Of a stretch of DNA of 64,000 nt, positions 22,546 through 33,034 are shown piece after piece; within the stretch, counting starts at the first letter, position 1, and every line of letters starts with the position of its first letter. The notes under the pieces are model-generated. The model made no database searches, was not told the origin of the DNA, and saw only the letters and a program-made list of their open reading frames with translations. Made by a program: the position numbers and the translations under genes. Origin of the DNA: an uncultured Nitrososphaerales archaeon (GTDB taxonomy: Archaea > Thermoproteota > Nitrososphaeria > Nitrososphaerales > Nitrososphaeraceae); the NCBI GenBank assembly GCA_963713605.1, contig CAVQMO010000005.1, positions 1 to 64,000 of the forward strand. Direction: 5' to 3'.

Positions 22546-23496
22546 TTAGCTCAAATGTCTAATTGAACCGAACAAAGTTAGCTCCAGAGCTGCTGCAAGG
22601 ATACTCCCATCTGCACACCCATCAATACTTTGTATATTGCTTTGTGTCACAGTATTGCCTACCGAAAAGGGTCCAAATAGAGCTGTATTCTCAGGAGCAC
22701 TAAAGCATCCAGATCCTTGAACACAATTAAAGTGAGATTGTACGTTTTGTTGATTCAATGTATTGTCTACTGTGCCTTCTAGTGACGCATAGTTAAGTGC
22801 ATAACTCTGGCATAAAGAACCGTCTAGACACTGACCATTCAGTTGAATATTAGATTGAGTAATGGTATCTGCTGTAGAGGAACCTTGTGATGCTAGGTTG
22901 TATGCTTGATTGTAGCATCCAGATCCTATGCAGTTCACATTATACTGATCATTTGATTGGTAAATACCACCGAACGCTGTGCCAATCTGTATCGCTTGAT
23001 TAAGACCTTCATTGTAGGCGACTGCTCCTGGACCCATAACCCCCAAGTTCTGCTGGTTGTTGTATTGCTGTACATTACTGAAAAGGGTAAGCTGCTGGAT
23101 ATCATAGTTTGTTGCTAGATTGATACAGTTAGGAGCATCAAGGCACATCCCATTTAACTGAAATGCATTTTGGTTAACGAATGCAAAATTACTGAAGGTA
23201 CCGTCTGCAAAATTGGTATAGGGAAAGAAAGCTGGCAGTGGTCCGTTATAGCAGGTCGTAGCACTCATACAGTCTAGGTTGTATTGCTGATTATTTTGGA
23301 CTATCTGGTTACCAAATGCATAGGCTTCCTCCGTTGTCGTACCTGCTGCGGCTGTCGCCGTTGCCGTCAACATCATGGTCATTGTCAACATAAGTAATAG
23401 CGGAAGGTTTACGGGTACTGGTCGTCGACCTTCTTTTGGAACAAGCATGTTTCGCCATATTTGCCTTTTAGGACTACTTTTTCTTATATATGACAA
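22546..23496 (-). CDS. Secreted Q/N/Cys repeat protein (curli-like beta-solenoid candidate)
   Basis: Signal ending AYA, then about 7 repeats of QxNxQxNxxCxxxxCxNxAxNxA. A probable terminal frameshift gives ...CSSSGANFVRFN* with the stop at 22559. Confidence 0.7.
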   Translation of the reverse strand: MSYIRKSSPKRQIWRNMLVPKEGRRPVPVNLPLLLMLTMTMMLTATATAAAGTTTEEAYAFGNQIVQNNQQYNLDCMSATTCYNGPLPAFFPYTNFADGTFSNFAFVNQNAFQLNGMCLDAPNCINLATNYDIQQLTLFSNVQQYNNQQNLGVMGPGAVAYNEGLNQAIQIGTAFGGIYQSNDQYNVNCIGSGCYNQAYNLASQGSSTADTITQSNIQLNGQCLDGSLCQSYALNYASLEGTVDNTLNQQNVQSHFNCVQGSGCFSAPENTALFGPFSVGNTVTQSNIQSIDGCADGSILAAALELTLFGSIRHLS

Positions 23497-23854
23497 TATT
23501 CAGTAAAAATATTACTTTTTATTCTTATATAAGTAATTTGAATGATTTTGCTGTAAAAGTGATACTTAAGCTTCGGAAGGATCATCTGGCGCTAACGAGT
23601 TGCTTCTTCGCTACAGACCCGGTCAAACTGTTTACTTAGGAACCTGATACCCATCCTTATTGTTAGCTTGTGATTGAGATTGTGATTGCTGGATTTCTCG
23701 TCTTATGACTTCGCTGACTTCACTAGCAGTCATCGGCATCTCCTGTGATCCGCGCTCGACCTTCTTTCTAGCGAGTCGACAAAATCTTAAATCTTGTTAC
23801 CATTAGTGCTTCTGCCAGAGATGGCTCCTTGATGTATTCTCTTTGATAGCGTAT

Positions 23855-23890
23855 AGGACTTTTCACATAGATTTTGACAAAAAAATAAAG
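23855..23890 (+). repeat. 36-bp direct repeat B, copy 1
   Basis: AGGACTTTTCACATAGATTTTGACAAAAAAATAAAG, identical to 24470..24505. Confidence 0.95.
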
Positions 23891-24132
23891 TGTTGTATGC
23901 AGCTTAAGGTTCAGGTGCAGAGGTGGCACCTGAAAGCAGTTCTGTGCTTTTGTAGATAAGCAAGTCTTGTTCCTATACTCTTTTTGATGTTCCTTTTAAC
24001 CGTATAGAGATACGCTATCGAAAATATCTTGCTTTAGTTTGTCCTTGACATACGCCTGACTAACTGCCCAGTCTGGTACAGGTGTAAATTATATTTCAGG
24101 TATGGTTCGGCCCTATCAAACGAATTAAGCGG

Positions 24133-24324
24133 CTACGCGTACGATACATTATCCTTCAAATAGCCTCTGGCCGTTTGAAAGTCTTGGCGCTCCGTAGCCT
24201 CCACACACCCCATCACGATATCCTTTGCACTTTTTGCAGAAGATTCAATCTTTTGCGTGGCATTCCTTAGGTAGCAATGGAATTTATCCTTAGGGGAAGC
24301 AGTACTTCCAGAGTCGGACATCAT
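24133..24324 (-). pseudogene. SnoaL/NTF2-like fragment
   Basis: SAKDIVMGCVEATERQDFQTARGYLKDNVSY followed by a stop. Confidence 0.55.
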
Positions 24325-24397
24325 TATTACTAATCATAATGCAATGCATAAACCTGATATGTGACAGTCAGCATGAATGTGATGCTTTCAGGAGGTC

Positions 24398-24459
24398 GAA
24401 GTTCTGGCATTGACTGACTACACTATTTTTAGGTACTTTTAAATTATAGTCGTGGCAGG
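24398..24459 (+). repeat. Repeat C, copy 1 (degenerate)
   Basis: GAAGTTCTGGCATTGACTGACTACACTATTTTTAGG...TTATAGTCGTGGCAGG, similar to 26965..27027. Confidence 0.7.
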
Positions 24460-24469
24460 CTTACGAAAA

Positions 24470-24505
24470 AGGACTTTTCACATAGATTTTGACAAAAAAA
24501 TAAAG
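24470..24505 (+). repeat. 36-bp direct repeat B, copy 2
   Basis: Identical to 23855..23890. It lies 50 bp past the collagen gene stop and reads as a T-run on the minus strand. Confidence 0.95.
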
Positions 24506-24554
24506 GTTGGAGGTTTCAGTATTTCAGAACCCTATTTGTTGCTACTTATCCCCA

Positions 24555-25795
24555 TTACCGCCTGATGGGAATGTTTGATTTGCTGCTAACGATACTGCCG
24601 CGTGGACCTGGTATGTAAGGTAAGGTTGCACCTGGTGGGAAGAATGGTCGGGGTATTGAATTGTCGCCCTCAGGGATACATACGTCTAACCCTGTGACAT
24701 AGTTGCCATCATTTCCTTCGAATCGGGTCAGGGTAACCGCCCCCTGCAGTACCGGTGTATGTGTTAGCGCTTCCGGGTAATCCTGGGAAGCGAATTGGAT
24801 TATTCGATATTGAATATCCTTCAACTAAGAAATGCTCATCTGGGTTCTGGGTTGTTCCGATCCAACGTGCGGATGTATCGTGGATTCTAACCTGCTTCGT
24901 ACAGCCAGAAGGTCCTATCGGTCCTGCTGGTCCTTGTATACCTTGAGCACCTGCTGGTCCTTGTATACCTTGAGCACCTGCTGGGCCTTGTATACCTTGA
25001 GCACCTGCTGGTCCTGGCTCTCCTTGAGCACCTGTAGCTCCTGTAGCCCCTGCAGCTCCGGCTGGTCCTGCTGGTCCTGGCTCTCCTTGAGCACCTGCTG
25101 GTCCTGGCTCTCCTTCGGCACCTGTAGCCTCCTGTAGCCCCTGCAGCCTCCGGCTGGTCCTGCTGGTCCTGGCTCTCCTTGAGCACCTGCTGGTCCTGGC
25201 TCTCCTTCGGCACCTGTAGCTCCTGTCTCTCCTTGAGCTCCTGCTGGTCCTGGCTCTCCTTCGGCACCTGCTGGTCCTGGCTCTCCTTGGCTCCTGTCAG
25301 CTCCTGTAGCTCCTGTAGCTCCTGCTAGCCTCCGGCTGGTCCTGCTGGTCCTTCAGCACCTGCTGGTCCTGCTGGTCCTTCAGCACCTGCTGGTCCTGCT
25401 GGTCCTTCAGCACCTGCTGGTCCTGCTGGTCCTTGCTCTCCTTGTGGCCCAGGTGGTCCTTGTTCACCCTGTCCTCCACTGAATTGCGTTACTATTGGCG
25501 AACTAGCCAATCCATCACCCTGCATTAGAGGACCATTGTTACCACAATTGATTCCAGTAACTTCATCTATCCCACAATCATTAACAAAAGATTGTGCCTG
25601 GCTATTCGAATATGCATAGACTACACTACCGTTAGATAGTACCATAGATGATAATTGTATTGTCGATAACCCTGCAACAAGTAGCAACACGGTTATTGAC
25701 TTATTATCTATCATGCTCATTGACAACAAGAGTGCTAAACAGTTTATCTGGGTTCTGGAGAATATGATTGGTATTTTAATCTGATTTGTCATCAA
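24555..25795 (-). CDS. Secreted collagen-like (Gly-X-Y) protein with Cys-stapled N-domain and globular C-domain, several frameshifts
   Basis: Signal ending [13 protein letters not shown]...NCGN, and [24 protein letters not shown] repeats over ~24910..25480. Confidence 0.85.
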
Positions 25796-26942
25796 TAGTT
25801 CATATCAAAGAAGCCTATGACGCCGCCAGATTGTCTCTGCAGTTCTGGCACTAGTAGATAATAAAGAAGTTGGGATCGATACCCCTCTTATTTCTTTAAT
25901 TCTGGTCCGATGATTCCTGCTTCCAATCCTTCCTGACCTGGAGAAGTCTCATCAGTGCAACCGGTACAATGTTGCTGGCCTGGAGCGTCATCGTTTGCAT
26001 CGTTGGGGTCCTATCCAGGAATATGAGAAACCTCTCCTGGACCAAGTTCTGGGTCTTTTTCGTCTTGTGCGAATACTGATTCTACGCAGGAAGCAATAGA
26101 TCAAGATGATAGAAGGCCGGCGAGGAATAAGTATATAGATGCAGCACGACAGCAGACGTCGATATGGCCTATGATTATGACCGGTTAAAGAAGCAATGGG
26201 CATTAGAGGAATCAAGGGACAACACAGGGCATATAATGCTTCATGAAGTTTGCATCCCTCCTGTGTCTTCAATAAAGATATCGATAAGCGCATAGATTCT
26301 CTAAGATATGAAACAAGGGAACTAGATTCGTATATATCAAAAGGATTAACGAGATTAGGACATATCCATTTGTAGCAAGAATAAATAGCAGGGACAGGTC
26401 TTTATCTACAGAAGAAATAAAAGAATTGAATGCTCAGAAACAACGTCTGACCATTCACAAAACATTGGAACTGCAACAAAGGATAATAGAAGGCCTATAG
26501 TTAGTTAGACCTGCCTTGATTTGGCTTGGCTTGGCTTGGCTTGGGGTCTTGTATCTTTGCTAGTCGTTTTTTGGCTAGTAAAACCATTTCTGGGCCTTTC
26601 TTATTATTATTATTTATCTTAGACTGTCGCCTTCTTTATTCACTAGATACATTGCATGCTTATTGTCATATTGAAATAAGTCCGACCAGGATTTAATCTC
26701 AGAACTCACTTGGTAAATGATTTGCTCATACTGACTGAATCACCATCAGGGAGATGTAGTACTATCTCCTCGTCATCAACCGTAACGGTAATCCCAAACT
26801 TTACCTTGCCTTCCTTGCACAGTTGATTTATCTCTGAAGGGGTTAGGTGTTTGATGAACTTCAACTAGACATAACTGCCTGGATGCATTTCGTTTATCCT
26901 TGATTTTTTGGTATTAGTCAAATTATTAATATTTTCGAGCGT

Positions 26943-27044
26943 GTCAACTAAGTTGACGCTTGTGGAAATTCTGGCATCGACTATCACTATTTTTTAGGAT
27001 CTTCGACTATTTTACAGTCCAGCAGGGAAGTGACTTCGACTATT
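26943..27044. repeat. Palindrome plus repeat C copy 2 with three (C/A)TCGACTAT units
   Basis: GTCAACT-A-AGTTGAC at 26943..26957, CATCGACTATC at 26975, and CTTCGACTATT at 27001 and 27034. Confidence 0.7.
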
Positions 27045-27868
27045 CTATACTGAATCTCTCGATCGTACCAGTTGGAACGCCGTTTTTGAAGCCTATTGGT
27101 CCCTCCTAGTAATGATGCTGGTTAGCAAGGGTCCTCAATTGATAACTAGGTGCTTAAACTTCTTTTTATTATAGTAACCGGTGTTTTAGCCAACCGTTCG
27201 AACTTGCTATGGGAAATAGTTTCATCAAGTCAAAAGAACTGGCACCATTGAAATCCAATATTCCAATTCACAGAGTGACTTGATTTTTGCAAACATCTAG
27301 CTTTGGATCGATAGCAGGTTGTATTGAGCACTTACTTCATTCTAATATCCTCACGACCTCTCATCAAAGAAATTTGAGATTTTTTTGGCCAACCTTGAGC
27401 GATTGCAAGAAGTGAAAAGGGAGAATTGATATGGTTAATGATGAAGTTATCAGGAAAATTCTAGTGCCCTATTCTGGGCAGCAGTGAGCGCTCCGGGAGT
27501 CGAGAAGGTAGTAAAAGGCTTATAGCATGATAGATAATATTTGCAAACTATAGCCTGATTGTATGCAGGTTAAAACCAAAAAGGAGTGGATTTGACGTAG
27601 GCTGAAATTGCTGTGCAGGGTTCATCATCTGATCGTTAGCAACTACAATGAAATTATACAAGACATCTATTGATTTTGTATTAAGAAGGAACAGGGGGTC
27701 TATGAAAAAATGAGAATACTAGTAGTAGCTGAGATATATTCTGCAGAACTCCAATTTAGGACAATTCCTATTCTATCGAGTAATCTTGGAAAGTTTCTAC
27801 ATTAGGTATTGAACACAGTATGAAGTGGGGTACTAATGGAAGTAACAAATCTAATTTTCTTCTTCTAA

Positions 27869-28787
27869 TTAGGTGACATAAAACCTCTTACCTAGTAGTA
27901 TCGTAGGAACCAGCAATACAAAAGTGCTCATCCCCAAGTACCAAGTATCCACAGACCCTCCAATGTAAACTGCATCATGAACAATGATTCCGACAATCAG
28001 TAAACCTATCATTTTTTGTAGCGTAGAATTCGTCATAATAGACTTGGAAGAAGTTAGTAACTTTAATCATAGATAATATAAAGCCACCAAAAATAGAGAG
28101 ATAAATCCATGTATTGTCATTAAAGAGTCCAATGATTGCAGCATAAACACCAATAATTAAAGGAGAGAGAAATGGTAGGGCATGTAGACCTAATTGGAAC
28201 GATGGCCTCTTCTGAGTCTCATATTTACTGAGAGATGAAATACCTGAAATATAAATTGCCTCAGAAATACAAACTAAACATAGCCTGTAAAACACTTGAT
28301 CGGTCTCTCCCTCAATGAAATTGCTCAGATTCGGACTGGCTCCTAGGAGGATGTTTAATACCCTGGTGGCACCCATGGCTGCGGGGCCAAATAAGGAGTC
28401 TTTTAGCACAAAATCGTAAAGCAAAATTATGGTGATAAGTAGCAGTACAACAGTAAAGGTTGCAACAGAAATGAAATAGCTAATCGTGATCGATATTACA
28501 ATGAGTAACAATGCTAGAAAGATTGCATTTCTCTGTGTAATCTTACCAGATGGGATTGGACGATTGGGACGTTCTTTACGATCTATTTGTCTATCAGCCA
28601 CATCATTAAAGATCACCCCAGCAGCATAAAGGCATGCGGAGACTAGGATAACAAGAACTATGGTATTTATTTCAATTGTGTTATGTGTGTGTGTTGAAAA
28701 GTATCCAGCAAAGATATTAGATGGCAGTGTAAATAGGTTTGGAAATCTGACCAGTGTTAAATAGTTCTTGATTTGATGGACGCTCAT
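27869..28787 (-). CDS. UbiA-family prenyltransferase, EboC/SCO3242-like, frameshifted near 28045
   Basis: LVRFPNLFT, NDVADRQIDRKERPNRPIPSG and MGATRVLNILLG. The shifted frame ends LLGKRFYVT*. Confidence 0.85.
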
Positions 28788-28916
28788 TTTCGATTCAACC
28801 GCGTAGGTTCAGGGTACTTTAGGTCAAGGATATTCTTTGCGATCCATCCTGTCATTACTGTTTAAGCCTGAAGAATTAGAGGGTAGATGTAACGGTTACG
28901 CATAAATGTCACTAGG

Positions 28917-29174
28917 ATGATAATATTGAAAACAGTGGGTGACCCTATATTGCCGGGTAACGACGGAATAGTTTTGAAGCTGAATGAAATGCAAGTTGAA
29001 GAATTATATCATTGTGTTTTTGATGGGATAGTATATTTGTTCTATAAGGATTCGCAGAATTTTCTTCATTGTTATGAGATAGGCGACAAACAAGTCGTGA
29101 GCGAAATCGAGGAACACCCAGATGATTTTAAGGAAATAATTAAGAAATATAGCATCGATGTTAGGTTGCAATAA
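28917..29174 (+). CDS. Small hypothetical protein
   Basis: Compact acidic ORF immediately upstream of alba. Confidence 0.6.
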   Translation: MIILKTVGDPILPGNDGIVLKLNEMQVEELYHCVFDGIVYLFYKDSQNFLHCYEIGDKQVVSEIEEHPDDFKEIIKKYSIDVRLQ

Positions 29175-29210
29175 CATTATATATAGTAATATAAGGGATA
29201 GAGTTAAAGG

Positions 29211-29519
29211 ATGTCAGCACAGGGTAGTAGTAGTAATGGAACCAAGCCAAGAAACGCGATCTTCATCGGCAAAAAACCTCTCATGACTTACGTAACTGCA
29301 ACTTTGGTGCAATTGGCAAACGAACCCACTGTTGTTATCAAGGCAAGAGGAAAAAGCATCACTAGGGCCGTCGATGTGGCACAAATTATTGTTAAGCGAA
29401 TGGATACATTGGGCTACAAAATTGGACCCGTAAAAGTGGGAACTGAAATAGTTTCATCCGAAGATGGAAAGACACGTAATGTATCCACCATTGAAGTTTC
29501 AATATCTAGGTCGAAATAG
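29211..29519 (+). CDS. albA: DNA/RNA-binding protein Alba
   Basis: IFIGKKPLMTYV...IKARGKSITRAVDVA...RNVSTIEV. Confidence 0.95.
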   Translation: MSAQGSSSNGTKPRNAIFIGKKPLMTYVTATLVQLANEPTVVIKARGKSITRAVDVAQIIVKRMDTLGYKIGPVKVGTEIVSSEDGKTRNVSTIEVSISRSK

Positions 29520-29705
29520 CCTTGATCACAATTACCTGAACAGTAGTCTTCACACCTAGGATCAACAACTCAAGAACTATCATAATGTCTCTCTAATTAG
29601 AAATGGAGGTCGACTACGGCCCACAAAGTAAGACCTGAACTGTTTGAACTTATCATTTCATTCAGACATTCTTTAAATACTGAGCCTTCAATATTCGTAG
29701 GTGGC

Positions 29706-31056
29706 TTGAAAAAACATTTAATTGTCTTTAATGTGGTGGGTTTAGAATCTTCCAATGTCTTTGCTGAGGACCTGCCCAACATTCAACAGATTGCAGAGCA
29801 AGGGGCGTATTGCCCGGTCACACCTGTTTTCCCTGCTGTCACATCTACTGTACAGGCAAGTTTGTTAACGGGTAAATATCCCAACGAACATGGAATAATA
29901 TCAAATGGGACATACGATAGATCAAACTATTCCGTTTCATTTTGGGATCAAGATGAGCTCACTTGTTAAGGCTCGGAGGATTTGGGATATCCTAGATGGT
30001 GGCTTATCTGGAGAAGTAAAGAGCGCGGTCCTATTCTGGCAGAATACCCTTTACGCAAAATCAGACGTCGTGGTAACTCCAAAACCTATTCATCTTGAAA
30101 ATAGGATGATTATGTGGTGCTATTCTAGGCCTCCCAGTTTTTACGATGAAGTTTTAAAACCCAAGTTAGGCGAATTTCAATTAGCTACTTATTGGGGACC
30201 GTTCGCGTCATCCAAATCAACTGAGTGGATTGCTGGAGCGACGGAGGTTACATTCGAGACCCAAAGGCCATCGATACTTTTTACCTATTTTCCTCATGTT
30301 GATTATTCAGCTCAGCGATTTGGAAAAAATAGCAGGGAAGTAAAGGTGGATCTGGTTAAGGCAGATAATCTAATAGGAGGGTGTATTGAAAGGGTAAAAA
30401 AACTAGATCTGTTCGATAACACAGAATTTGTAGTCTTGTCTGAATATCCATTCAGCGATGTAGAAGGGTTTATCAATTTGAATCAAATGCTCCGGGACGA
30501 GGGCTTCTTGCAAGTTAGACAGATAGGCGGTTACGAATTCATCGATTTCGAGTACAGTGATGCTTTCGCAATGGTCGATCATCAGGTAGCTCACATATAC
30601 GTGAAGTTACCAGTTCAGATTGACCAAGTAAAGAAGTACTTGGAAAAGCTCCCTGGAATAGACAAAGTTTTGTCGACAGGAAGTGAGAAGCACAAATATC
30701 AAATAGATCATCCCAAAAGTGGTGATCTGATTGCTATCTCTGAAAAAAATAAATGGTTTACCTACTACTGGTGGTATGATCCAGTTTTGGCCCCTCCATT
30801 TGCTACTACAGTGGACATCCATAGAAAACCAGGTTATGATCCTGTTGAGTTATTCTTCGACCATCACAAGAAATCCATTCCTTTGGACGCGAGTCTTGTG
30901 AAAAGCTCCCATGGACGGCCTCTGCAATCAGATAGTGATGTTTCGTCTTCCATTTTTATTACAAACAGAAAGAGTGAAAGAGTAAATTCGCTCTTGGCAA
31001 AGACTTCAGTAACTTCAGCAGAACTAGGTTCATATCTTATAGAATGGTACACTTGA
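29706..31056 (+). CDS. Alkaline phosphatase-superfamily nucleotide pyrophosphatase, EboF-like, frameshifted near 29950
   Basis: LIVFNVVGL, FPAVTSTVQASLLTG, YFPHVDY, VDHQVAHIY, VDIHRKPGYDPVELFFD and SHGR. Confidence 0.88.
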
Positions 31057-31071
31057 AATAGGTGATGGACG

Positions 31072-31924
31072 ATGAAATACTCCGTTACCCTGAGTTCATT
31101 AAAGGAGATATTTGAATCGCTCACCAACGCCCTGCCTGTACTAAAACAACTAGGTTATGATTCTGTTGAGTTTATGGGAGAAGATCAATCAAGGAAGGAA
31201 CTAGATAATTTCACTGAGGCCTTGACTTCAAATGACATGAAAGTTTCAGGGGTTACAGGTATGTGGGGCAACGCGAACAGCATGGCAGGGGATAGACGTC
31301 TACTCAGCGTTGATGTTGGTAGGGTCGAAACTGCTAAGAAGTATGTGATTCGATGTATAAAACTATGTAGGCAACTAGGTGGCCAGGAATTCAATGTTTG
31401 TCTTTTCACCGATCCGTATACCACAATGCCTGACTTTAGCCATAGAGTAACTTTCTCATAAACAGAAACTTAAAGTGGTTGAAAAATCTTTTCCTCTTTT
31501 AAGGAGCCTTTCGAACTACGCCAAAGACCATGGGGTTCTCCTGCTTCTGGAACCTCTAAACAGATACGCGACTCCGTATTGTTGTACTGCAGCAGATGCG
31601 GTACATATCTGTAACGCAGTAGACAATTCAAGTTTTGGAATACTATTGGACACTTTTCACATGAATATTGAAGAAGACTCGTTTTCACACGCAATAGAAT
31701 TGGCAAAAGATTTCTTGCTCCACATGCATTTTGCAGACAACAATCGAAAAATGCCCGGAAGTGGCCATCTTGATTTTGGCACAATCATGAATGCCCTACG
31801 TGAGATCAACTATCAGCGATACATCAGTTTTGAACCAAACTTGGAGCAGATCGGTTATCTTGATTCATTAAGGGAAGGGATCATCTACATCAAAGGACTA
31901 GATTCTACAAACATCAGAGCATGA
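31072..31924 (+). CDS. Sugar phosphate isomerase/epimerase (xylose isomerase-like TIM barrel), frameshifted near 31460
   Basis: LEPLNRY, LDTFHMNIEE, HMHFADNNRKMPGSGHLDF and SFE. Confidence 0.88.
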
Positions 31925-32004
31925 CATAAGCCTCGGAGAGCACGCTCTTTTGCACAACTTATTTATGAACCTAATATTGCTATCTAAATGAATAAGGAAT
32001 AGAA

Positions 32005-33001
32005 ATGCAGCCATTCGTATCGCGCGAAATCTCCTTAATCGAACAACTTGCCAGGGATATAGTTGACGGGCTTTCCGAGGAGACTAATAGGAAATGGATC
32101 AAGCCAAGGTATCTTTATGATGAAGTCGGGTCCAGTCTTTTTGAGAGAATATGTGAGCAGCCAGAATACTACCCTTTCAGAACTGAAACAGGAATTCTCA
32201 AGAGATACGGACGACGTATATTCAAATTTATGAATGGTGATGTCACTGTCGTCGAATTAGGTAGTGGTAATTCAGCAAAGACGAGGATTTTGCTTTCTTC
32301 CCTACTTGAAAAGCAAAAGTATGTTTTCTACCTTCCGATTGATGTTTCTCAAGAAATCCTCTTCAAAACTACACATGAGCTGAATCGCGAGTTCACTCGG
32401 CTCGAAACCTTCGGTATAGCTGCTGACTATTCGGAGGGGATCCGAGAGGCTTGTAATATTTCGGCTAAAAATGCAACGATGCCTGAAAGGAAATTTGTAC
32501 ATTTTCCTAGGATCTACTATTGGAAATTTTGAATACGGAGAAGCTAAAGAATTTCTGATTTCATTAAGAGCGAATATGCAAGCAGGTGATTTCTTGCTCA
32601 TAGGATTTGATCTGCAAAAGGATATTAAATTACTTGAAGATGCATATAACGATAGTTTAGGGTTTACTGCTGCATTTAATCTTAATCTACTGTCCCGAAT
32701 AAACCGCGAACTAGGAGGAGAATTCAGTCTGACCAATTTTCGTCATTTAGCATTTTACAATACAGAACACAATAGGATAGAAATGAATTTGATCTCGAAA
32801 ACAACACACGAGGTGTATGTGAATAGACTTGGGAGATCATTTTCCTTCTTTGAAAATGAACGAATTCATACAGAAAATTCATATAAATTCACTTTAGAAA
32901 AGATGAAAGATATTGTTGAACATTCAGGGTTTCAAATTGCAGAAAATTTTCTCGACCGCGATAATTTATATTGTGTGGCTCTAATGGTTGCGAACAACTA
33001 A
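32005..33001 (+). CDS. egtD: L-histidine N-alpha-trimethyltransferase EgtD, frameshifted near 32490
   Basis: YLYDEVGSSLFERICEQPEYYPFRTE, ELGSGNSAKT, FLGSTIGNF, AYND..G.TAAFNLN and HTENSYKF. Confidence 0.92.
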
Positions 33002-33034
33002 GAGTATTAAATCATATCAAGAAAAGTGAAAAAA

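Larger units (their letters stand above)
19123..27050. mobile_element. Decayed provirus-derived/integrated island with cargo genes; boundaries approximate
   Basis: Two terminase remnants, small Zn-finger ORFs, many broken ORFs and shared short repeats. Core genes resume at 27869. No integrase or capsid gene was seen. Confidence 0.55.

Noticed and set aside
23855..24505. 36-bp repeats as a CRISPR array
   Set aside because: There are only two copies, separated by ~580 bp, and no cas genes.
24832..25479. Several repetitive ORFs (KESQDQQ..., CWSLYTLST...)
   Set aside because: They are alternative frames or antisense of the collagen repeat.
26521..26544. (TTGGC)n microsatellite
   Set aside because: It is a short simple repeat in degraded DNA with no evident function.
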